DNA from: Vicinamibacteria bacterium
GTDB taxonomy: Bacteria > Acidobacteriota > Vicinamibacteria > Marinacidobacterales > Marinacidobacteraceae
Assembly: GCA_964291235.2 (NCBI GenBank)
Contig: OZ219816.1
Location: 640,001 to 704,000, forward strand
Reading direction: 5' to 3'
Length of the DNA stretch: 64,000 nt
The notes under the pieces are model-generated. The model saw only the letters and a list, made by a program, of their open reading frames with translations, ran no database searches and was not told the DNA's origin. Positions 19,254 to 29,291 of this stretch are shown here, piece after piece; position 1 is the stretch's first letter, and each line of letters starts with the position of its first letter. The position numbers and the translations under genes are program-made.

Positions 19254-21524
19254 TCAGCGGCGCTGAAGCAGCAGAAAAACGGAGGCGAGGCCGAAAAAGA
19301 GGTTCGGAGACCACGCCGCGAGCACCGGGTCAAGCAGTTCCGCGTTCCCGATCGAGCGGAAGAACTGGGTGGCGACCAGGTAAACGATCGCGATCGCGAA
19401 GGCGATCGCGGTGCTGGCCCAGGCGCTTTGGTTGGTTCTCCGGAACGCGAACGGCAGCCCGATGAGTACCGTCACCAGGGACGCGAAGGGGAGCGCCGCC
19501 TTGGTTTCGAGGGCCACGTGGAGGGCGGGGTCGTGGTGACCCGCGGCCTCGATCGTTTCGATTCGCTCGTGGAGCTGGCGGAAGGGCAGGTGGTCGGTGG
19601 CCAGGTCCTGCTGAAGAAGAGAATCAGGGACCGAGACATCGGGAATCTCACGGACGGCGAAGGGTTCGGCAGCCCGGCCGCGCTGGAGGTCGCGCTCCCA
19701 GCCTCCGATGCCCGTCCAGGTTCGATCCGCGTCGGACCAGTGAGCGGCGGCCGCGTAGCTGCGGGCGGCGAGCGATGCACCGTCCGGGCTCAGTCGAAAG
19801 ACGGAGAGCCCGCTCAGAACGACGTTATCGGCGTCGAACTCGTCGTAATGGTAGATCTGGCCTTGAGGGCCCATTCCCCAATGGCGTTCCAGCGGATTCA
19901 CGGTCCGCCGCGCTTCCCCGCGGATGCGAGCGCCGGTGTCCTCGCTTTCGGGGGCCGTCATCGGAATCAGCCGTTCCTGAAGCCCGAAGCCGACGCCGCT
20001 CACCGCCAGCCCCGCCACGAGCGCCGGCAGCACGAGCCGCGTCCGGCTGACCCCGCCGGCCAGAAAAGCCGTGACCTCGTTGTGGCGGCTGAGGAGCCCA
20101 AAGGTCACCAGCGTCGCGGTGAGGGTCGCGAGTGGCAACATCTGCGCCGCGAACGCGGGTATCGAGAGACCGAGGAAGCGAAGCACGGTCGAAGCCGGGA
20201 TGTTCCGCTCGAAGGCGTCGCCGATGACCGCATTCAACAGGCCGATCAGTTCCCAGGACAGGAGTGCGGCGAGCGCGATGGCGAGGAACGTGCCGTAGCG
20301 GGTAATGACGTAGCGATCCAGGATCGTGGGCAGCCCCGGCGGACGCCAGCGGCGCACGGCCGACCGGCGGGGGGTAACGAGGCGCCCCAGGCGGCGAACG
20401 AGGCGCAGCGTCGCCGCCAGCGGGTGCATCTCCCGCGACGCCAGCGCCAGCAGCGCGATGCCGGCGGCGACGGTCACGATGTTGGCGCCCCACATGGCGA
20501 TCCAGGGGGAGAGTTCTCCCGCGGCGGCAAGTTGTTCGCCGAACATGATCGGGGCATACCACGCGAGGATGACGAGGATCGCCATGGCGAACGACCCTGC
20601 GCGCGCCGGCCCCGGAGAGGGTCGGATTCCGAGAGCCAGGCCGAGTAACCCGAACGCCAGGCAGGCGAAGGGAAACGCGAATTTCTTGTGGATCTCCACC
20701 AGGTAGATCGGGTGATCCGTGCCTTCGTAGGCGGTCACCAGATCCGGAAGCAACATGGCCCGGGCGCTGCGGCTCGGACTCGGGGTCTCGGAGCCGAACA
20801 CTTCGTCGGCGTCGAGCGGCAAACGGATGCGTTCGGCGCGCTGAATGCGGTACTGCCCCGGGTCGTCAAGACCGGCGTTGTGGACCTCCACGCCGGTGAG
20901 TTCGAGGAATGCCAGCCGCTCCTCGGAAACCGTCACCAGCCGGCCGCGGTCCGCGACGAAGATGGTGGGCTCGTCGGATCGCGCGGTGTCGGCCAGAAAG
21001 ACGCGCCTCCAGCCGTCCTCGCGCGTAGGGACTTCGCCGACCAGCAGAACCCGGCCGTCGAGGAGCTCGTCGTAAAACATGCGCGGCTCGATTTCTGTCC
21101 GCAGCCGGGAGTTCAGGAGTTCGTCCCTCAGTTCCACGAACCGCTGGTTCGCGGGCGGGACGACCTCGAGCATCAGCACGAGGCAAATCCCGAAGGCGAT
21201 CCCCGCCGCGGTGGCAATTGGGAGAAGGAGACGCCAGGGAGAGATTCCCCCGGCCCGCATGGCGATGAGCTCGTGACCGCTCGAGAGGCGGTTGAGGGCC
21301 AGCAGGATGCCGAGCAGCAGGGCGCTCGGGACTGCAACCGCCAGCAGGGCGGGGATCAACTGGGCAAAGGCCAGCCCCACCGTTGACGGGTTCGCTCCCT
21401 GAGTGACGATCAACTCGATGTTGACAATCAGCTCGTTCAGCAGCAGCGCGAACAGGAAGACTCCGGTCCCGAGGAATACGCCGGGGGCGATGAGCCGGAG
21501 GATGTAGCGGTTGAGGAGACCCAA
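19254..21524 (-). CDS. lptF: Fused LptF/LptG LPS export permease
   Basis: Two tandem YjgP/Q units (LLNRYILR...RLSSGHELIAMRAGGIS and ILDRYVI...LSRHNEVTAFLAGGVS...LAAWSPN). TTG start is inferred. Confidence 0.88.
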   Translation of the reverse strand: MGLLNRYILRLIAPGVFLGTGVFLFALLLNELIVNIELIVTQGANPSTVGLAFAQLIPALLAVAVPSALLLGILLALNRLSSGHELIAMRAGGISPWRLLLPIATAAGIAFGICLVLMLEVVPPANQRFVELRDELLNSRLRTEIEPRMFYDELLDGRVLLVGEVPTREDGWRRVFLADTARSDEPTIFVADRGRLVTVSEERLAFLELTGVEVHNAGLDDPGQYRIQRAERIRLPLDADEVFGSETPSPSRSARAMLLPDLVTAYEGTDHPIYLVEIHKKFAFPFACLAFGLLGLALGIRPSPGPARAGSFAMAILVILAWYAPIMFGEQLAAAGELSPWIAMWGANIVTVAAGIALLALASREMHPLAATLRLVRRLGRLVTPRRSAVRRWRPPGLPTILDRYVITRYGTFLAIALAALLSWELIGLLNAVIGDAFERNIPASTVLRFLGLSIPAFAAQMLPLATLTATLVTFGLLSRHNEVTAFLAGGVSRTRLVLPALVAGLAVSGVGFGLQERLIPMTAPESEDTGARIRGEARRTVNPLERHWGMGPQGQIYHYDEFDADNVVLSGLSVFRLSPDGASLAARSYAAAAHWSDADRTWTGIGGWERDLQRGRAAEPFAVREIPDVSVPDSLLQQDLATDHLPFRQLHERIETIEAAGHHDPALHVALETKAALPFASLVTVLIGLPFAFRRTNQSAWASTAIAFAIAIVYLVATQFFRSIGNAELLDPVLAAWSPNLFFGLASVFLLLQRR

Positions 21525-21545
21525 GGCGGTGTTGCCGGATTCTAG

Positions 21546-21610
21546 GAGCCTGTGGACAAAGTGACGTGAGCACCAGGAAGCGGGCCGCGTGACTTTGTCC
21601 ACCGACGGCT
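21546..21610. repeat. Short inverted repeat, possible mini-MITE remnant
   Basis: GTGGACAAAGTGACG (21552-21566) versus CGTGACTTTGTCCAC (21588-21602), preceded by CTAG. Confidence 0.5.
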
Positions 21611-21745
21611 CGGAGCCCGGTGACGGTTCCGGGCGGGGCGCTCACCCGGGATTCGGGGGGCTGGCCGCCGCCCGCCGCCCCCCGGGGCGGCTCCGTGGTC
21701 CGCCTCGGGAGGACGGCTTCGCCGCCGGCTCCCGGTAGTTCCCAG

Positions 21746-21793
21746 CCACCGTATCTTGGGGGTGCGGATCCCTTCAGGCACAACATATTGTGG
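21746..21793. promoter_or_regulatory. Tandem NrdR-like boxes upstream of smc
   Basis: CCACCGTATCTTGGGG (21746-21761) and GCACAACATATTGTGG (21778-21793), 32 bp apart as at nrdJ. A TAGAAT -10 candidate lies at 21812-21817. Confidence 0.75.
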
Positions 21794-21867
21794 CTGAGGC
21801 CCACAAACGCTTAGAATCCGGTTGGGCCTCGGCAGCGCCGCAGCCACAATCTTCAGGTGACAATCGA

Positions 21868-24800
21868 GTGAGGATCGAGCGGCTCGAAATCGCCGGCTTC
21901 AAGAGCTTCGCGGAGCCGGTGACGCTCGAATTCGGCCAGGGCGCCACCGCGGTCGTAGGTCCGAACGGTTGCGGCAAGAGCAACATCGCGGACGCTGTCT
22001 TTTGGGTGCTCGGCGAGTTGGGTGCGGGAACCATCCGGGCGCGGGGCAAGGAGCTCATCTTCAGCGGGAGCGCCCTGCGTGAGCCCCTCGGGATTGCCGA
22101 GGTGCGGCTCCACGTCAGCGGCGTGCGTGTGTCCGGCTCGGGTTTTTCGGCAAACGGCATCACCGGGAACGGCGCGTCCCGAGCTGCCGCCCCGCCGGAA
22201 GGGACCCGGAAGAACGGCGCCACCGCACCCGTTCCGGAATCCGGGCTTGCGGCGCGCGAACTCCACCGGGAGGTGGTGGTCGGCCGCCGCGTGGACGCCA
22301 GTGGCCAGTCGGTCTATGAGATGGACGGCCGCCGCTGCACCCGGCGGGACATTCGCCGCTTGTTCGCCGGCACCGGATTGGGTCCGGGCTCCTACGCGTT
22401 GATTGAACAGGGGCGCGCCAACGAAGTGCTCAGCCGCAAACCCGCGGACCTCAGGCTCCTGGTCGAGGAGGCGGTTGGATTGGGCACCTATCGCCTGAAT
22501 CGGCGGGAAAGCGAGACGAACCTGCGGGCGGCCGAGAAGGCGCTTGAACGCGTGCGCGAACGGCTTGCCGAGCTCGACCGTTACATCCGGGTGGCCCGTC
22601 GCGATTCGCGGACGGCGAGCCGGGTTCGCGAGGCAACCGATCAGGCGCGGCTGCTGGGCGTCGCGGAGCAACTGGCCCGGCGGGAAGCGCTCCTTTCCCG
22701 TATCCGGAAAGACGCGTCTCCCGAAGAGACCCTGAGCGCCGCGCGAACCCGGCGGCGCGCGAGTCTGGCGACTTTCGAAACATTCGTCGAAGCTATCCGC
22801 GAGCAAGTCACCGGAACGGATGTCGAGATCCGCGAGGCGACGCGGGAGATTGGCGATCTGGGTGCGCGCCGGGCTCGAGCGGTGGCCGTCCTTGACGAAG
22901 GCGCCCGGGCCGCGTCGGTCCGTGCGTCGCAGGTTTCCCGCCTCGAGACGGAAGCCACGACGCTCGGCGCCCGCCTCGATGACCTCGACCGGGAACGGCA
23001 GGAAAGCGCGCGGCGGGCGGAGGAGTTCCCGGGTCGGCTCGCGGAGTTGAGCGAGGCGGCAGCGGAGCGGGCGGAGGCGAGGGACCGGGTGCTGGCGGAG
23101 GAGCGCGAAGCGCACTCCGCCGTCTGGGAATTGCGGCGGGAGACCGATCGCTTGCGCGGGAGCGTCCGATCGTTCCGGCTTTCACGGGAGCAGTACGCGG
23201 CCCGGCGGGACCGGCTGGCGGCGGCGGAGCTCGAACTTCGAGGAAGCCGGAGGGAACTTGACGCTCGTCTCGATCACGTCACCGCGGGACTGTCCGCAGC
23301 CACTTCCCGGGTCGGTGCGCAGGAGGACGAAACCGCCCGGCTCCAGGGGCAAATCGAGACCGCCGAAGCGTCGTGGCGCACCGCGAAATCCAGAGCGGAG
23401 ACAGCGCGCGACGGCGAGGAACAGGCCGAGCGGGATCAGGCGGCCCTCTCAGCGAAGCTCCGTTCGCTGCGGGCGCTGGTCGTTTCGCGCGAGCAGCTGG
23501 GGGAGGGCGCCGCGAAGCTGGTTGAGGCGGCCCGCCGCCGCGGAGTTGCGCTCGGGGGCGCCGTCGGGGAGCTGGTGGAAGTGGAACCGGGTTACGAGCT
23601 GGCGGCGGAGCGGCTGCTTGGCGTGCACCGGCTCCGCATCGACCGCGTTTCCGACATACAAGATCTGGTCGAAGAGCTCGGCGGCAACGATGCCGGGCCT
23701 TCCGAAGTCGTGGTCTCCGAGTTGCTCGAGGCCTGCGCTTCCGCCACGCGGCCGGCTTCCGATGGAGACGACCGGTTGAGCGACCACCTGACGCCGGTGG
23801 ACGCGGCGCTCGATCCCATTATCCCGAATGCGGTGGTGACCCATGACCTCAAGGAAGCGCTGGAGGCGTTCGCAGCGAAACCCGGCGTCTATGTGACACG
23901 CGAGGGCGCCAGCGTGGTGCATCCCGGCATCGTGCGCTTCGGGCGCGGGGGACCTGGTGAGGGATTCCTGAGCACCAGGCGGGAAGTAGCTGAACTCGAA
24001 GCCGAAGAAGAGGAGGGCAGGCTTCGCCTCGCGGCGCAGTCGCGCGACCGGGCGGTGGCCGCCGAGGCAGCGGAGCAGGCGGGAAAGGCGCTCGAAGAGC
24101 TGCGCGCGGCCGGCGCGCGCGCGGAGCATCTCCTCGTGCGCCTGCGGCTCGAGTCGTCCCGTCAGGCGGAAGCGGTCGAAGGCGCCCGGGAGCGGTTGGC
24201 GGAGCAGGAAGCGGAGGCTTCCCGCCAGTCCGAAGAGCGGGAGCAAAACGACCAGGACGACGCGCGCGCGGCAGCTCAGTTGGCGCGCGACGAAGCGCGA
24301 CTCGAGGAAGCGTCCCGTGAACTGGCCGAACGCGAAGACGTACATGCGGCTCTGAGGCGTGAGCTCGAGGCCCGGGAGCGGCGGTGGCGGGATGCGGACC
24401 GCGAACTGGCACGCCAGAATGCGGTGGCAGGCGAGGTTTCCGACCGAGCCCGGGAGCTGGAACGACAGGTGGGTGACGACCGCCAGCGGTTGGACCGGGT
24501 CCGCGCGGAGTGCGTCGCGGCACGGCGCGCGGAGGCGGAATGGCGGGAGCGGCGGGAGTCCGCGATCGCGGGGCGACAGTCGGCAGAAACGGCGATCGGA
24601 GAATGGGAAGCGCGCGAAAGCGATCTGACTCGCATCGCTCGAGACCTCCGGGGCCGGCTGGAGAGCGCCGCCGAGGCGGCGCGTCACCGTCGGACCGAGA
24701 TCCGGGACCTCGAGGAAAAGTTGCACCAGCTGCAGTCCGGGACCCAGGAGGCCCGGGGCCTGCTGCGCGAGTTGGAGAACGAGTTCCGGCTGGCGCACGG

Positions 24801-25743
24801 ATGTGCGCTCGATGAGGCAGCGGCGTCGCTTCCCGCCGCTCTTCGCGGCCGATCCCGCGAGGAGATCGCGGAAGAGGCGCGGCAGGTCCAGGACCAGATC
24901 CAGAAACTGGGCCCCGTCAACGAGATTGCCGAAGCGCGACTCCGGGACCTGGAAACGGAGCGCCGCGAACCCGAGTTGCACCTGAGGGATGTGGAGCAGG
25001 GCATCGCGGATGGACTCGCGGCAATCCGCCGCCAGGACCGCGAGGCGCGCCGCATCTTCCGGGAGGGCTTCGAGGCCGTGAGCGCCGGATTCGACGCAGC
25101 CTTCCGCCAGCTCTTCGGCGGCGGCCGCGCGGAGCTGCGGCTGGTCGAGATGAAGGATCCCGCGAACGAGACGAGTCCGGGTGAGAACCCCTCTCCTGGC
25201 GAGCCCGTCCCGTCACCGGGCCAGGCGCTCCACAACGGCGTCGAAGACGCGGGCGGGGACGAACCGCGGGAACACCTTGGGAGCTGGAACGGCAACGGGT
25301 CGTCTCTGGCGCCCGAGATGCCGGAGGACGCCCATTTCGGAGTTGAGATTGCGGCGGAGCCTCCGGGCAAGAAGCTGCAAAGCGTCCGCCTGCTCTCCGG
25401 CGGGGAAAAAGCGATGACCGCGATTGCCTTCCTGATCGCGCTCTTCCGATATCGCCCCGCGCCTTTCTGCCTTCTGGACGAAGTGGATGCTCCTCTCGAC
25501 GACGCGAACGTGCAGCGGTTCGCATCCATGCTCGGCGAGCTCAAGCGGGATACCCAGTTGGTGGTCATCACCCATAACCGCCTGACGATGGAGGCCTGTG
25601 AGCATCTCTATGGAGTCACCATGGAGGAGCCGGGCGTTTCCCGGCTGATCTCGATGCAACTCGGAGCCGAAGTGGAGAGCTGGATCGCCGGCGCCCCGGA
25701 TGCAGAGTCGGATGCTGAGGCTGCCGCGACGATTCATGTCTGA
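21868..25743 (+). CDS. smc: Chromosome segregation ATPase SMC
   Basis: IAGFKSF, Walker A GPNGCGKSN, long coiled coils with a hinge, LGPVN, signature LSGGEKA, Walker B FCLLDEVDAPLD, ITHN, GVTMEEPGVS. Confidence 0.95.
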   Translation: MRIERLEIAGFKSFAEPVTLEFGQGATAVVGPNGCGKSNIADAVFWVLGELGAGTIRARGKELIFSGSALREPLGIAEVRLHVSGVRVSGSGFSANGITGNGASRAAAPPEGTRKNGATAPVPESGLAARELHREVVVGRRVDASGQSVYEMDGRRCTRRDIRRLFAGTGLGPGSYALIEQGRANEVLSRKPADLRLLVEEAVGLGTYRLNRRESETNLRAAEKALERVRERLAELDRYIRVARRDSRTASRVREATDQARLLGVAEQLARREALLSRIRKDASPEETLSAARTRRRASLATFETFVEAIREQVTGTDVEIREATREIGDLGARRARAVAVLDEGARAASVRASQVSRLETEATTLGARLDDLDRERQESARRAEEFPGRLAELSEAAAERAEARDRVLAEEREAHSAVWELRRETDRLRGSVRSFRLSREQYAARRDRLAAAELELRGSRRELDARLDHVTAGLSAATSRVGAQEDETARLQGQIETAEASWRTAKSRAETARDGEEQAERDQAALSAKLRSLRALVVSREQLGEGAAKLVEAARRRGVALGGAVGELVEVEPGYELAAERLLGVHRLRIDRVSDIQDLVEELGGNDAGPSEVVVSELLEACASATRPASDGDDRLSDHLTPVDAALDPIIPNAVVTHDLKEALEAFAAKPGVYVTREGASVVHPGIVRFGRGGPGEGFLSTRREVAELEAEEEEGRLRLAAQSRDRAVAAEAAEQAGKALEELRAAGARAEHLLVRLRLESSRQAEAVEGARERLAEQEAEASRQSEEREQNDQDDARAAAQLARDEARLEEASRELAEREDVHAALRRELEARERRWRDADRELARQNAVAGEVSDRARELERQVGDDRQRLDRVRAECVAARRAEAEWRERRESAIAGRQSAETAIGEWEARESDLTRIARDLRGRLESAAEAARHRRTEIRDLEEKLHQLQSGTQEARGLLRELENEFRLAHGCALDEAAASLPAALRGRSREEIAEEARQVQDQIQKLGPVNEIAEARLRDLETERREPELHLRDVEQGIADGLAAIRRQDREARRIFREGFEAVSAGFDAAFRQLFGGGRAELRLVEMKDPANETSPGENPSPGEPVPSPGQALHNGVEDAGGDEPREHLGSWNGNGSSLAPEMPEDAHFGVEIAAEPPGKKLQSVRLLSGGEKAMTAIAFLIALFRYRPAPFCLLDEVDAPLDDANVQRFASMLGELKRDTQLVVITHNRLTMEACEHLYGVTMEEPGVSRLISMQLGAEVESWIAGAPDAESDAEAAATIHV

Positions 25744-25749
25744 CGGCAC

Positions 25750-26772
25750 GTGATCGGCGCCGGGCAGGGAACCCGCGCGGTCCGGTTTCCGCGCCGCGCG
25801 ATGGTGTTCGCCGCCGGGCGGGGCGAGCGGATGGGCCCTTTGACGGCGGGCCGGGCGAAACCGGCGCTCCCCTTCTGCGGGGTGCCGCTCCTGACCCGAC
25901 TCCTCGGCTGGCTCGCCGCCGCCGGGATTGCCGAGGTGGTGGTGAACCTCCACCAGCATCCCGAGACCCTGGAGCGACTGCTGGCGGCCGCCGAGCGGAC
26001 GGAGCGCGGGCTCACCGTGCACCGCTCCCCCGAACGAGAGCTGCTCGGCACGTCGGGGGGACTCTCGCGCGCCGCGACCCGCTTTGGACTGGGAAGCGGG
26101 GATGGCGGGCCGGTCGTGGTGCTGAACGGCGACACGCTTCCCACCTTCGATCTCGGGGAGATGGTTCGTTTCCACGGGGTGCGCGGAGGGGAAGCCACCC
26201 TGCTCTGCGATCCGGACCCCGGGATGGAGTTTCTCGGAGAGCGCCGGATCGAGGCGGACCCGAACCAGGTCATCAGCGGACTCAGCGGGCCCGGAGGGCC
26301 GGGATTCGGTTTCGCCGGGGTCTGGCTGCTCGAGCCGGCGGCGTTCCGCCATCTGCATGGAGGTCCGGGCGGTCTCTCGCAGGACCTCCTCCCGGGCCTC
26401 ATCGCGGCGGGAACGGGTCGCGCTTTTGCGAGCCGCGCTCCCTGGTTCGAGATCGGGACACCCAGGCGCTATCTCGAAGCTTCGCTGCGCGCGCTGGCGA
26501 GCGATCTGTTCCCCCAGGGTCCGGATCCGGGGCACACCGGCAGCCGCGTGCGCCTGGGAACCGGCGCGCGCGGATGCCCGGCCGAACTGATCGGCGCGGG
26601 GAGCGTCCTGGAGGCGGCCGCCTGCGTCGAGGGATCGGTACTTCTCGAGGACGTCCGCATCGGCGCGCGGGCCGTGGTCCGGGGGTCGGTGGTCGCGGCC
26701 GCGGAAAGCGTGCCCGCCGGGGCCCGGATCGAGGACTCGCTGTTTGCGGGTGGCGCCGCGCTACCGCTTTGA
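25750..26772 (+). CDS. murU: MurU-like NDP-sugar nucleotidyltransferase
   Basis: AMVFAAGRGERMGPLT..AKPALP, VVVNLH, ELLGTSGGL, LNGD, WFEIGTP. Adjacent to an AmgK-like kinase. Confidence 0.7.
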   Translation: MIGAGQGTRAVRFPRRAMVFAAGRGERMGPLTAGRAKPALPFCGVPLLTRLLGWLAAAGIAEVVVNLHQHPETLERLLAAAERTERGLTVHRSPERELLGTSGGLSRAATRFGLGSGDGGPVVVLNGDTLPTFDLGEMVRFHGVRGGEATLLCDPDPGMEFLGERRIEADPNQVISGLSGPGGPGFGFAGVWLLEPAAFRHLHGGPGGLSQDLLPGLIAAGTGRAFASRAPWFEIGTPRRYLEASLRALASDLFPQGPDPGHTGSRVRLGTGARGCPAELIGAGSVLEAAACVEGSVLLEDVRIGARAVVRGSVVAAAESVPAGARIEDSLFAGGAALPL

Positions 26773-27905
26773 GCAGCTCGCGGTCGCCAGGCGCTCTGGC
26801 TCCGAAGGCTCCGACCTCGGACGCCAGGGGCCGGCTCCACCGTTTCCTCGGCAGTTCCCGGGCGCTGGCGCCGGAGTTCGCCGCGGAGGTGGCCGTCGAG
26901 CCCCTGGTCAAGGAGGCCGGCGAACGGGTCTATTTCCGGATTCGCCCCGCGGCCCCGGTCACCCGCGAAACGGGGACGGATGCGAGAACCCTCGTCCTCT
27001 GCGTCATGGCCGAACCGTACGCGCCCGGGACGCTGCCGTTTGCGAATTCCACGCTGCTGTACGAGGAACTCGGCGTTCGGACACCGAGGATTCTGGAAGA
27101 GGCTCCGGCACTCGGAGTGATTGCGCTCGAAGATCTCGGAGACGATCTGCTCCAGACGATTGCGCTCGCGGGCGACCCCGAGGTGTCGGCGCTCTACGAC
27201 GAGGCCGTGGAGATCATCTGCCGGATCCAGCACGAAGGCGCTCGCATTGCCGGGACGCGGGCGGCGAGCCGCTTCCGCGCGTATTCCGCGCACCTCGACT
27301 CCTCCCTTTTCCTGCGGGAACTCCTGTTCTTTTCCGAGCATTTCCTGACGGACTGCGCCGGGGTGCGGCCGAGCGGCCCGGCCGGCCGGGAGATCGAGTC
27401 GCTCTGGGCGGGGCTCGCCGAGGAAGCGGCCAGTGGTCCGGCGGCGCTCGCCCATCGGGACTTCCACTCTCGGAATCTGATCGCGAGCGCCGACTCCGAA
27501 GCCTCGGTCGCCGCCCGGGCTCTACGAGTGATCGACCACCAGGATTCCCGCATGGGACCGCGCTCCTACGATCTGATGTCCCTCGTCCGCGATCCGTACG
27601 TAGCGGGGGGCGGCGCTGCGCGGATGCCGTTTCGGGAAGACGAACTGATCGGGCGTTTCGTGGACGCGGCCGGCATTCGCGGGAGTCCGGAGGAACGGCG
27701 CGCCGAGTTCGATGCGGTGGCGCTGCAGCGCAACCTGAAGGCGCTCGGCACCTACGGTTTCCAGGTTTCCCGGCGGGACAACGATGTCTATCGCGGCTAC
27801 ATTGCACCGACCTTGCAGATGGTTCGGGACAACCTCGAACGTCACTCGGAACGCGCCGACCGCCGCCGCCTGCGGAGACTCCTGGCGGACGTTCCCGACC
27901 GCTGA
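26769..27905 (+). CDS. amgK: Aminoglycoside-phosphotransferase-family kinase (AmgK-like)
   Basis: R.YFRI, ALEDLGD, HRDFHSRNL, VIDHQDSRMGP.SYDL.SL..D, LQRNLKALGTYG. TTGA overlap with the upstream gene. Confidence 0.78.
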   Translation: MSSSRSPGALAPKAPTSDARGRLHRFLGSSRALAPEFAAEVAVEPLVKEAGERVYFRIRPAAPVTRETGTDARTLVLCVMAEPYAPGTLPFANSTLLYEELGVRTPRILEEAPALGVIALEDLGDDLLQTIALAGDPEVSALYDEAVEIICRIQHEGARIAGTRAASRFRAYSAHLDSSLFLRELLFFSEHFLTDCAGVRPSGPAGREIESLWAGLAEEAASGPAALAHRDFHSRNLIASADSEASVAARALRVIDHQDSRMGPRSYDLMSLVRDPYVAGGGAARMPFREDELIGRFVDAAGIRGSPEERRAEFDAVALQRNLKALGTYGFQVSRRDNDVYRGYIAPTLQMVRDNLERHSERADRRRLRRLLADVPDR

Positions 27906-27932
27906 CACGTACACTCCCACGCCGCTTCCTTC

Positions 27933-29291
27933 ATGTCCGCAGAACCCGCCCGCACCCCGACCGAGTCCTGGAAGGATCGGCGTCTCCCGACGATTGCGTC
28001 GCTGAAGCGGATTCTTGCCGGGAGCAGCTCACCGGATGGAGTCCCGGCCACTCTCCGGGGCTGGCTGGCGGGGAGGCGCTCGAGCGGCAAGCTGCTCTTC
28101 TTGAGTTTCCGGGACGGTTCCGGCTTTGCCCAGGTCGTCGTCGTGAAGTCGGCGGTTTCCGCCGATGCCTTCGAGACCGCCAGGCACTGCCCGCTCGAGA
28201 GTGCGGTCGAGATCGTCGGCGCCGCCTTTGCCGACCCGCGCGCACCCGGAGGCATGGAGATCCGCGCCTCCGGCTTTTCGGTCCTCCATGCCGCCGATCC
28301 GTATCCGATCACCCCGAAGGAACACGGCGCGTCATTTCTGCTGGACCACCGGCACCTGTGGTTGCGGTCGAAAAGGCAGCACGCCCTGCTCCGGATCCGC
28401 GACGAAGTTCTTCACGCCTTTCGGGAATACCTGCGGGAACAGGACTTCGTCAATGCCGACACGCCGATCTTTACGCCGAACGCCTGCGAGGGGACGACCA
28501 CCCTTTTTGAAACCCGCTACTTCGATCGCCAGGCCTATCTGAGCCAGAGCGGCCAGCTCTACAACGAGGCCGTCGCCATGTCGGTTGGACGGACGTATTG
28601 CCTGGGTCCCACTTTTCGGGCCGAGAAGTCCAAGACCCGGCGTCATCTCATCGAGTTCTGGATGCTGGAGCCCGAAGTCGCCTTCGCCGAACTCGGGGAC
28701 ATCATCGACCTCGCGGAGGGATTGATCTGTCACGCCGTTTCCCGGATCCTGGAAAACCGGGGGGCCGAGCTGGAAGTCCTCGGCAGGGATCCCGAACCGC
28801 TCCGTCGCATTCGGGCTCCATTTCCCCGGGTTACCTATGACGAGGCAGCCGAGATCCTCGCCGGCAAGGGAACCGGCTTCACCCCGGGAGATGATTTCGG
28901 GGCGCAGGACGAGACCGCCCTGACCGAAGACCTGGATCGGCCGCTTTGTGTCACCCACTTCCCCGCGGCCATCAAGGCCTTCTACATGGAGCCCGATCCC
29001 GAGCGCCAGGACCGGGTTCTTTGTCTCGACATCATCGCTCCGGAGGGATACGGCGAGGTTGTCGGCGGTGGCCAGCGCATCCACGACCACGAATTGCTAC
29101 GCCAGCGAGTCCGGGAACACGACCTGCCGGAAGATGCCTTCGAGTGGTATCTCGACCTGCGGCGCTACGGAACGACTCCGCACTCCGGGTTCGGGCTCGG
29201 AATTGAGCGTTTCGTCGCCTGGATGTCCGGCCTTTCGCATCTCCGGGAAGCGATTCCGTTCCCTCGCACGCTCTACCGGCTGGCCCCATGA
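27933..29291 (+). CDS. asnS: Asparagine--tRNA ligase
   Basis: RHLWLRS, ACEGTTTLF, YLSQSGQLY, GPTFRAEKSKTRRHLIEFWMLEPE, WYLDLRRYG..PHSGFGLGIER. Confidence 0.96.
   Translation: MSAEPARTPTESWKDRRLPTIASLKRILAGSSSPDGVPATLRGWLAGRRSSGKLLFLSFRDGSGFAQVVVVKSAVSADAFETARHCPLESAVEIVGAAFADPRAPGGMEIRASGFSVLHAADPYPITPKEHGASFLLDHRHLWLRSKRQHALLRIRDEVLHAFREYLREQDFVNADTPIFTPNACEGTTTLFETRYFDRQAYLSQSGQLYNEAVAMSVGRTYCLGPTFRAEKSKTRRHLIEFWMLEPEVAFAELGDIIDLAEGLICHAVSRILENRGAELEVLGRDPEPLRRIRAPFPRVTYDEAAEILAGKGTGFTPGDDFGAQDETALTEDLDRPLCVTHFPAAIKAFYMEPDPERQDRVLCLDIIAPEGYGEVVGGGQRIHDHELLRQRVREHDLPEDAFEWYLDLRRYGTTPHSGFGLGIERFVAWMSGLSHLREAIPFPRTLYRLAP

Noticed and set aside
19254-21524. LptF-LptG fusion as a novelty
   Set aside because: Fused LptF/G permeases are, to my knowledge, common in Acidobacteriota, so this is treated as a lineage marker only.
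21551-21603. DnaA boxes / oriC near smc (TGTGGACAA, TTGTCCACC)
   Set aside because: Only two box-like matches, both part of a longer inverted repeat that looks like a MITE end. There is no AT-rich unwinding element and no dnaA or dnaN nearby.
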